Shown here: piece by piece, positions 57,507 through 64,000 of the stretch
Position numbering within the stretch: the first letter of the stretch is position 1
How the letters are laid out: each line of letters opens with the position of its first letter
Source: Limisphaerales bacterium
GTDB taxonomy: Bacteria; Verrucomicrobiota; Verrucomicrobiia; Limisphaerales; JAJOIW01
Assembly (NCBI GenBank): GCA_965657355.1
Contig: CBFHOE010000002.1
Coordinates: 411,856-475,855, forward strand
Length of the DNA stretch: 64,000 nt
Direction: 5' to 3'
Program-made: the position numbers and the translations under genes
The notes under the pieces: generated by a model
Seen by the model: only the letters and a program-made list of their open reading frames with translations
Databases searched by the model: none
Told to the model about the DNA's origin: nothing

Positions 57507-58787
57507 TTAAAAACCAGTGAGGCTCTCAAGCCATTCCATATTAAATCGAGCGACAGCCAAGCTCTGCCTAGAAGTCTTTTCACCTGTTTCATAGGTCACG
57601 AGAAAAGTATCACCAGGCAAATTACATATATCAGAGTATGCGGTGGGACTCGTATCCATTATCGCTAAAACTTTCCAAACATCTCCTTTTTTGCTCCCAA
57701 TAGAGAGCGTCAAATTATTGCGCTGTGGCCCTGGCACATGGGAAAGCAACAAGCGCCCATCTTTCAATCGAATAATCCCAGCATGACAAGGGGCATCTCG
57801 CTGACCAGTAAGCTTAGATGCAGAAAATGTGACGCCTCCATCTTTTGAGGTTGCAAACCATCGTTGGGGCTTTTGAGAAAAAGAGGCACGTTGGTGTAAA
57901 TAGATGTTTCCATCTGAAAGCTCAACCAATGAAGCCTCCCCAAAATGTTCACCAGTAGTTCCACCAGGAGTCCAGGTAATGCCATGATCATCTGAAAAGA
58001 CAACACCATTGGTCTGCCATCTAGAATTGAAACTGGGACTTGGGTCTGAGGGAGGACAATGACATCTCACAGGTATGATTAGTCTTCCCTTGTATGGTCC
58101 TTGGGTTAGTTGAATGCCTGAATGGACAGGTGACCATTCCTGCCAATGGGGTTTTTTGATTAATTGTTGAGTAATCACTCTAGGTTCAGACCAAGTGACA
58201 CCGTCATCTGACGACTCGATGAGAAACCACGCACGCCCTTGGTTTCTTGTTTCTTGTAGGTTTACATAGAAATCTCTTTCCAGTAATAGGCGGCCATCTG
58301 GTTTTCTTAGCGGTGCCCTCGATATGAAAATGAAAATTTTTGAAGACACATGATCGACGACAATTCCAGTTGGTTTGAAGATGCAGTCCTCCAACCTGGG
58401 AAAATTATCGGGTATCAATCTTGTTGGCTCAGACCAAGTTCCTCCCTCATCTTCGGATCTCATCATCACAGGAAATATCGGTTTCCCCCAGTCTCCTCCG
58501 CTTCTGTCCTGGAGAACAATCAGAGCATTCCCCCGGGGTGTCACAACCATTTTGGGAATAGCCCACGCTCCAGGTTGACCTTTTCTGTCCAATATTATTT
58601 GTTTTGAAAATATTGGCTGCCCTATTGATTCTCCGCAGAAACCAAATATGAAAAAAATGAAAAGGCTTCGAGAACATGCTAATAAGGATTGACACAGACT
58701 TCTCGGGCTAAGGCAAAAATGGAGATCCATGAATGGATTTTGCCAACTCATGAATCTGGATGTCAATGGAATGCTCATACAATTCAC
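57507..58787 (-). CDS. GH33-like BNR-repeat sialidase-fold protein
   Basis: Asp-boxes are SEDEGGTW, SSDDGVTW, SDDHGITW and SKDGGVTF. The sialidase-like blocks HSGIQLTQGPYKGRLIIP and EASLVELSDGNIYLHQR are present. The true start is probably internal (for example the Met at 58730), because the track ORF overlaps the divergent ThuA ORF. Confidence 0.7.
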   Translation of the reverse strand: MNCMSIPLTSRFMSWQNPFMDLHFCLSPRSLCQSLLACSRSLFIFFIFGFCGESIGQPIFSKQIILDRKGQPGAWAIPKMVVTPRGNALIVLQDRSGGDWGKPIFPVMMRSEDEGGTWSEPTRLIPDNFPRLEDCIFKPTGIVVDHVSSKIFIFISRAPLRKPDGRLLLERDFYVNLQETRNQGRAWFLIESSDDGVTWSEPRVITQQLIKKPHWQEWSPVHSGIQLTQGPYKGRLIIPVRCHCPPSDPSPSFNSRWQTNGVVFSDDHGITWTPGGTTGEHFGEASLVELSDGNIYLHQRASFSQKPQRWFATSKDGGVTFSASKLTGQRDAPCHAGIIRLKDGRLLLSHVPGPQRNNLTLSIGSKKGDVWKVLAIMDTSPTAYSDICNLPGDTFLVTYETGEKTSRQSLAVARFNMEWLESLTGF

Positions 58788-58834
58788 AGGAAAAGGTGAT
58801 TAAAGATTGGATCAAGATTAACCTATCTGAAAAG

Positions 58835-59671
58835 ATGGTCGGTATGAAAACAAAGCTTAGAAAGTTTAATTGCCTCTGTTTGTTTGTCATATGTTTAAAG
58901 GCGATCCTTTTAACCAACAATGAAATAAACGCTCAAAAATTACCCGATCGGGGACCAAAAGATACGGGTAAAGTTTTAGTGTTTTCAGGCACGGGGTGGT
59001 ATCGACACCCTGAAACTGCGGCCATCAATGGATGGTTAGCGAGATTGTCCAATGATCTTAAAATGCAAATCGATGTCTCGGAAGATCCGAAAGATATTTT
59101 AAATATATTAGATAGGTACGACGTGCTCCTATTAAACAACGCGAATGAATTAGTAAAAATACTAGGTGATCGGCACCGCAATAAAGTAGAACAATGGTAT
59201 AAAAATGGAGGTGGGATCGTGGCGATTCATGCGGCACTTGTCAGACAAACCGAATGGAAATGGTTCTATGAGCTAGCAGGATGTGATTTCAATAGCGACT
59301 CTGAATTCCTTGAAGCTAGAATTGTAGTAGACCCAGCGGCAAAAAATCATCCCTCTGTAAAAGGATTTGGCCCTTCCTTCAAATATAAGGCCGACTGGAC
59401 CAACCACGATAAGTCCGTCACAGGCTTACCTGGATTCCAAGTTCTTCTCAGGGTTGATGAAAGCACATACGACCCCGTTCGGGATTACTTTAAAACCAGA
59501 GGGGGAATACCTATGGGAAAAGATCACCCGATAGCATGGATTAATACCAAAAATGATGGTCGCTTTTTCTACACCGAGCTAGGACATGACGTGCGTTCAC
59601 TAGAAACCCCATTTGGGAGAAGGCATATTATCGAAGCCATTAATTGGGCCGCCAGAAAAGATTCAAAATAA
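58835..59671 (+). CDS. ThuA-domain protein (class I glutamine amidotransferase-like fold)
   Basis: Motifs are VLVFSGTGWYRHPE, YDVLLLNN, GGGIVAIHAA and HPIAWINTKNDGRFFYTELGH. The signal peptide begins at the Met at 58835. Confidence 0.75.
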   Translation: MVGMKTKLRKFNCLCLFVICLKAILLTNNEINAQKLPDRGPKDTGKVLVFSGTGWYRHPETAAINGWLARLSNDLKMQIDVSEDPKDILNILDRYDVLLLNNANELVKILGDRHRNKVEQWYKNGGGIVAIHAALVRQTEWKWFYELAGCDFNSDSEFLEARIVVDPAAKNHPSVKGFGPSFKYKADWTNHDKSVTGLPGFQVLLRVDESTYDPVRDYFKTRGGIPMGKDHPIAWINTKNDGRFFYTELGHDVRSLETPFGRRHIIEAINWAARKDSK

Positions 59672-59678
59672 AGATTTA

Positions 59679-59942
59679 TCATCGCGCAAATATTTCCCCG
59701 GCGACGTGTCCATGGGCAACGCGCAATCGTAAGTGCCCATTCTGAAAAAAGCCATTCAGTTTCTCATGATCAATACCCAGCTGGTGGAGTATGATTGCAT
59801 TAAGGTCGTGAACGGAAACTAATTTATCCACAATATTACAATTAAAATCACCGTCAGTTCCGTATGTTAGACCTGACTTCATCCCTTTCCCTGTCATCCA
59901 AATTGAAGAACAACTTGGATGTTCTATCAGTATTCTCAACAC
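59679..59942 (-). pseudogene. 3' remnant of a DUF1501 (sulfatase-like) gene
   Basis: Only the last roughly 100 codons are present: ...EHPSCSSIWMTGKGMKSGLTYGTDGDF...VHDLNAIILHQLGIDHEKL...RL..AHGHV. An in-frame TGA lies about 60 nt upstream and the neighbouring gene ends at 60032. Intact DUF1501 proteins are several-fold longer. Confidence 0.65.
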
Positions 59943-60031
59943 TGCCCGGATAACCGCCTTGGCAGCAAAAAAAGCTGGGGGCCACGACTCAATTCATTCC
60001 TGAGCCACTAAACACCCCCATCGACAGTTAT

Positions 60032-63000
60032 TTACAGCCGCTTTCTTTTGATCACAGCCAACCAATCATTTTTACTACCAGGTGCCTCTAGGTCAACGGT
60101 CTTGCCTCCATTTATCGCAAAGCCTGCAGGCTGGCTTTCGCCGCTCCTGGGATTAAACCAAGTCATAGCAAAACCTCCTTTCGCGAGTGTGAGATCCAAT
60201 GTTCTTTTCCCACCTTCGGGAAGATAAACAAGATAGATGGAATTATATTTAGCAAAACAATAGGCCGAATTATCGTGTTTATTATTCCCAACGAGTTCGT
60301 CCATATTTCTCATTTCTCCAACCGGTAAGCTTTTAAAAAATTCAAGGGCAATACTGCAATATTTCCAGCTCAGGTCTCGGCTTCGCCAATCCTCGCAAAG
60401 AAGATCATTTTGAGGAAGCTTGTAACCGAAGTAATACTCAACCCCACTACCACCAGCCATTAAGGTACCCCAAAGGGCGAACTTACGGGTGTCATCAACA
60501 CTTGGATTATTAAAACCCTCAGGCATTCCAGGGTAACCAGGATCTGCAGGCATACCTTCCCCGGCCGTCCCAGGCTCATCAAAACCAACAACCCAAGGTT
60601 TACCTGCTTTTGTTGACCTGCTTGTCCATTTAACGACCTGGTGATGACAATCTCTAATGTTGCTATTTTGAAGTGATGCACCAGAAAGAACTGAACCATT
60701 GCCTAAGAGCGGGGCATAAACTTTGTCCTGTTGGTTTGGATAGGTATGCACGACAATTATATGGTCGTAAGGGTCGAGATCTTCAATATATCTCGCCATG
60801 GCCCTTTGCTGATCAACAGTTTGGGTGTTTTCTTCCCCCAAATTCCAATTTATTGCCAGGTTATGACTAAATCGTGCGATGAGTTCTCTACAATAAAGTT
60901 TACGTTCAAGACCCAAATCTCCACCATCCAATGCCGTAGGGACATTCGCTTTGGTCTTTCCACCACGGTTGAGGTCGTCATTCTCTGTTTCTTGCATTTT
61001 AAAATGCAGATACATGCCCTTGCGGGTCCCGTGCTCAAATACAATCCCCCATTGGTCGAGTTTGGAGCAATCGTAGTTTAAAGGGTCATTGCGTTCAACA
61101 AATGGCCACACATTATCTCCATCTCCTCCTGCGTTGTATGTAAGGAATGAAAAAACATTACAACCGGTTGATGACAGATAGTTGATAGCACCTATAATTC
61201 CCTTCCCTTTGGAACCTTTCCAAGTGGGATCATTTTTTTTCCAATCTTTAATATGTGGCTTCCAAGTTTTTAATGGAACCTTAGTTTTGTTGGCAACTGT
61301 CCCATCAAAGTCTTTGTATCCCAGGAATGTTTCGGGAGCGTCAGCTCCGGCTTTTACGAACCATTCGCCAGATTCTTTATATTGCAGGTGATTTTTACCA
61401 ACGTAAGCAAGTCGCCCCTTCCCTCTGAGGTCTCGACCAGATTTGTTTGTTTTTCGGACTATAAAACTCCCCGACCTTTTATCGTATTGAGGCACTCGAT
61501 CTCCAACACCTGTTAAGGCAGCATTTTTTCCTTGGATAAAATGGGTTTGGTAAAACCATTTACCCGGTAAGTCTGGGGCTATAATTGCTCTCCATATATT
61601 TCCAGATTCTGCGGATGTTTCGCCAGCAGATCCGTCAGCTGCGAAAAATCCAGGCACAGTAAATTCAGAAAATCCATCTTCGTGTTTAAATGTCACATCA
61701 AATCGATAGTCAGTGAATGGGTTCGGCTTGTTGTCTTTTTCATGAGCAAACGGCCCCTTTAAATCCAAAACAATCTTGTGCCAGGTTCTTTTTTCTCCAT
61801 GGATACTTATTGCACCTGAACCCGATTCTCCTCTTGAGCCAAATATTTTGCCGACGAAGGAAATCTTTTTTTTATTTTGGCTGGATTTGACATTTTTAAA
61901 GTCACTTTCAACCAATCTCATGAGTTTTTGGTCATTGGCGGGTTTCACTGATATTTTTGACCAACGGGCTCTACTAAATTCACTACCATCAAGTGACCCT
62001 ATTTCTGCTTTGACCTGAATTTTTGATTTTGCATCAATTCTGATATTTTTGAATGTTTTAGAAAATTTCAATCCCTCCTCAAAAATCTCGCTGCTCAAAG
62101 GTGCAATGCAAGTGCCAATGACTTCCCCTTCGTTAATTAGAGTATATTTTGATTGGCCATCATTTTCCCCAACAAAGTGAAGAGTTATGTTAAAGACTCC
62201 AGGATTGAATGGCCATGCACCCATGGATATACTCGACCCATCTTTATTAGGATCCACAGCAACCCATTTGTTTCTATCAATATAGCCCCCATTTATGTCA
62301 TGAAAGTCATTGATGCTCATCTCAGATATTTGAGTCGCCTTCTTTAAAGTAGACGCCGGATTACTTTGAGATTTCAGCTGAGAAACTTTTACAAATTCAA
62401 ATGGTTTTGGTGTTTTTCCTGATGCTAAAGGGCTTGGTTGAAGCGGTCCGGACGGCATCTCAAAACCCTTATCTGTAGTCATCATAAATTGGTCGAACTC
62501 AAATCCGTCCTCCCGCATTGAAAATTGAATAACATGCTCCCCTGGATTATCTATGTTAAGAAAAAGAATCCCAGCTACCCCAACATGTACTTCCTCGGTT
62601 CTTTGCTTACTTCCCCATGCCCAGTGACGCTTTGCTGTCCATTGCATTCTTTGGCCCGATTCAGGCCACTTACCATCAATTCCAACGTGCACTCCATTGT
62701 CCTCCGTACCAGTTGAGAATATGCGAGCCCAAACATAATACCTACCGGGTGTTTGAAAATTGATTTTATAACTCAGAACAGCCATTTCTCCTGGCTCGTT
62801 GATAAAGTTCTCGCCCTTTATCAATTTCTCACTGTGGTTTTTGCGAGTATCTGGAAGAATTTCCATGTATGCGCCCCCACTAGCACCAGCGACATTATTT
62901 TTGTCAGCATCAGGTTGGAGACCCGATTGCATATCTTTTGTCGTGAGATACCAAGCTCTTTTTTCTGTCTTTTCCTGTTTAAAAAAATGTTCCGCTTCAA

Positions 63001-63202
63001 CAACAACCATTCCGCCTGATTCCTGAAAAACGACATACTCATCAACGATTGGTTTTGATAAATCTTCTGCAAAACTTTGATGAATATAAAATAAAATAAA
63101 GATAAAAATTATAAGAGGTTTGCTTTTTACAAGTATCATAAATGCCAAGATTTTATTTGAGCCGAGACAATCGCATATTGAATTGGATGTAGAAACATAC
63201 AA
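60032..63202 (-). CDS. Large secreted glycoside-hydrolase-like protein (N-terminal lectin-like module, DUF5060-like Ig module, TIM-barrel DUF4038/GH-like core, C-terminal collagen-binding-like beta domain)
   Basis: The DUF5060-like block is ISIHGEKRTWHKIVLDLKGPF...FTDYRFDVTFKHEDG...VPGFFAADG. The C-terminal block is FAMTWFNPRSGES...WLAVIK. The track start is TTG. The ATG at 63139 (MILVKSKPLIIFIFILF... signal) is more likely. Confidence 0.6.
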   Translation of the reverse strand: MYVSTSNSICDCLGSNKILAFMILVKSKPLIIFIFILFYIHQSFAEDLSKPIVDEYVVFQESGGMVVVEAEHFFKQEKTEKRAWYLTTKDMQSGLQPDADKNNVAGASGGAYMEILPDTRKNHSEKLIKGENFINEPGEMAVLSYKINFQTPGRYYVWARIFSTGTEDNGVHVGIDGKWPESGQRMQWTAKRHWAWGSKQRTEEVHVGVAGILFLNIDNPGEHVIQFSMREDGFEFDQFMMTTDKGFEMPSGPLQPSPLASGKTPKPFEFVKVSQLKSQSNPASTLKKATQISEMSINDFHDINGGYIDRNKWVAVDPNKDGSSISMGAWPFNPGVFNITLHFVGENDGQSKYTLINEGEVIGTCIAPLSSEIFEEGLKFSKTFKNIRIDAKSKIQVKAEIGSLDGSEFSRARWSKISVKPANDQKLMRLVESDFKNVKSSQNKKKISFVGKIFGSRGESGSGAISIHGEKRTWHKIVLDLKGPFAHEKDNKPNPFTDYRFDVTFKHEDGFSEFTVPGFFAADGSAGETSAESGNIWRAIIAPDLPGKWFYQTHFIQGKNAALTGVGDRVPQYDKRSGSFIVRKTNKSGRDLRGKGRLAYVGKNHLQYKESGEWFVKAGADAPETFLGYKDFDGTVANKTKVPLKTWKPHIKDWKKNDPTWKGSKGKGIIGAINYLSSTGCNVFSFLTYNAGGDGDNVWPFVERNDPLNYDCSKLDQWGIVFEHGTRKGMYLHFKMQETENDDLNRGGKTKANVPTALDGGDLGLERKLYCRELIARFSHNLAINWNLGEENTQTVDQQRAMARYIEDLDPYDHIIVVHTYPNQQDKVYAPLLGNGSVLSGASLQNSNIRDCHHQVVKWTSRSTKAGKPWVVGFDEPGTAGEGMPADPGYPGMPEGFNNPSVDDTRKFALWGTLMAGGSGVEYYFGYKLPQNDLLCEDWRSRDLSWKYCSIALEFFKSLPVGEMRNMDELVGNNKHDNSAYCFAKYNSIYLVYLPEGGKRTLDLTLAKGGFAMTWFNPRSGESQPAGFAINGGKTVDLEAPGSKNDWLAVIKRKRL

Positions 63203-63472
63203 TCTGACATGATCATATCAAGAAAATGTCAGAACTTAAAACTATCCATATTTAGAATTTCTAAAATACGACCGCGCATATTATCTTCACTTAAAAGACA
63301 AGATGACATTATACATGAACCTTTTTACGAGACTTTAAATTCAGACTAGACTAAAATGGGCCATCGAATGTTAGGCCTCGTAATGCACTGATAGGAGCCG
63401 ATCCATACGTTAGGTCATAAAGGAATGTTTACTTCAAAATTGATATAAAAATCAGAAATAGGATTAGGTAAT

Positions 63473-64000
63473 TTGATCAAGAAATTTTTTTTAGGTGCGA
63501 TAGCCGCGGGGTTTTTTATTTTAGCCTGGGTATTAATGATCACCGGGCCAAAAACCGAGCCCAAAAAAGCATCGCGTCCACTCCGAACCGTGACGGTTGA
63601 GTCAGTTAAACCAGGTAATCATAAAATTGCAGTAACCGCTTACGGAACTGTCATTCCGGCGAAGAGGGTGAGCATCACCCCCCAAGTAACTGGACCCATT
63701 GTTTCTCTACATCCATCACTGGTCCCTGGAGGGCGAGTAAAAAAAGGTGATATTCTTTTTACAATTGATAGAACCCTTGCCAATTTGGATCTTCTTGAAG
63801 CCGAGGCATCATTGAAACGAACTAAGGCCTTACTCGATGAGGCGAAGCGCCAATTATCAGAAGCTCGAGAGCTTTCAGAGACAAGGGTTATAGCGGATAC
63901 TGAACTTGCCACGCTGGAATCAAATCATAAAATCCAAATTGCAGAACACCAAAGACTTGTTGCAAGTCGCGATAAAACCAATGAACTATTGCGACGCCAT
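63473..64000 (+). CDS. RND efflux periplasmic adaptor (MFP/HlyD family), 5' part, running off the window
   Basis: Hand translation from the TTG at 63473 gives LIKKFFLGAIAAGFFILAWVLMITGPK...VTAYGTVIPAKRVSITPQVTGPIV...GDILFTIDRTLANLDLLEAEASLKRTKALLDEA. This shows a TM anchor, a lipoyl motif and the coiled-coil start. There is no stop before position 64000, and the start codon is uncertain. Confidence 0.7.
   Translation, partial: MIKKFFLGAIAAGFFILAWVLMITGPKTEPKKASRPLRTVTVESVKPGNHKIAVTAYGTVIPAKRVSITPQVTGPIVSLHPSLVPGGRVKKGDILFTIDRTLANLDLLEAEASLKRTKALLDEAKRQLSEARELSETRVIADTELATLESNHKIQIAEHQRLVASRDKTNELLRRH

Noticed and set aside
47204-58787. The idea that the two inverted BNR/sialidase-like genes are recombining repeats flanking an invertible 9-kb segment.
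   Set aside because: The two proteins share only Asp-box-level similarity and no extended nucleotide identity is visible, so they are not plausible recombination substrates.
63203-63265. The dyads TCTGACAT-N15-ATGTCAGA and TTTAGAA-t-TTCTAAA upstream of the large hydrolase gene.
   Set aside because: These are short AT-rich palindromes in AT-rich DNA and are expected by chance. The first overlaps the dubious TTG start. They are noted but not promoted to a finding.
1-64000. I looked for CRISPR arrays, rRNA genes, additional tRNAs, transposases, integrases and toxin-antitoxin pairs.
   Set aside because: I saw no regularly spaced direct repeats, no rRNA signature strings and no second GGTTCGA-type T-arm. 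No DDE, tyrosine- or serine-recombinase motifs appeared in any track ORF. A computational repeat and HMM scan would be needed to be definitive.

Overview
This 64-kb window reads as chromosomal DNA from an AT-rich bacterium, probably of the PVC group (Verrucomicrobiota or Lentisphaerota-like). That placement is an inference from gene content: a prepilin-type N-terminus, BlaI/BlaR1 and PadR/membrane-partner pairs, a DUF1501 remnant, ThuA, BNR/sialidase-like proteins and DUF5060-type hydrolases.

Positions 1-43.8 kb are mostly core genes:
- hom-thrC and ilvE
- an FAD-linked GlcD-like oxidase
- mcsB - clpC - PIN/TRAM (YacL-like), in a Bacillus-like order
- lolD and lolC/E
- a MidA-family methyltransferase
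- a 1223-aa cytoplasmic hybrid histidine kinase
- a SWIM-SNF2 helicase
- a PQQ-type sugar dehydrogenase
- asnS and hisF
- a three-lipoprotein cluster (LpoB-like, TPR-like, YcfL-like)
- an OMF-MFP-RND efflux operon
- rnr followed by a GNAT acetyltransferase

A tRNA with a UCA anticodon, tRNA-Sec-like, lies at 43842-43937.

Positions 44-64 kb look accessory:
- a tandem esterase with a CE15-like motif
- two BNR/sialidase-like genes
- a compact operon of methyltransferase, FAD oxidoreductase and type III PKS
- an acyltransferase-3 gene
- a PadR plus large membrane protein pair
- an AT-rich 2-kb islet with divergent small ORFs, CCTTAC/GTAAGG hexamer inverted repeats and an orphan RecT/Red-beta-like gene
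- ThuA, a DUF1501 3' remnant and a 1056-aa DUF5060-type glycoside-hydrolase-like protein
- the start of a second RND adaptor gene

I saw no rRNA, CRISPR array, transposase or integrase.

The observations most worth follow-up are:
- the atypical tRNA-Sec-like gene
- the type III PKS operon
- the hexamer-operator/RecT islet
- a 490-bp convergent spacer with long-range complementarity, possibly a structured RNA
- the lipoprotein triad
- mcsB-clpC-yacL synteny without mcsA or ctsR

All functional calls come from reading motifs in the supplied translations by eye. No database search was run.
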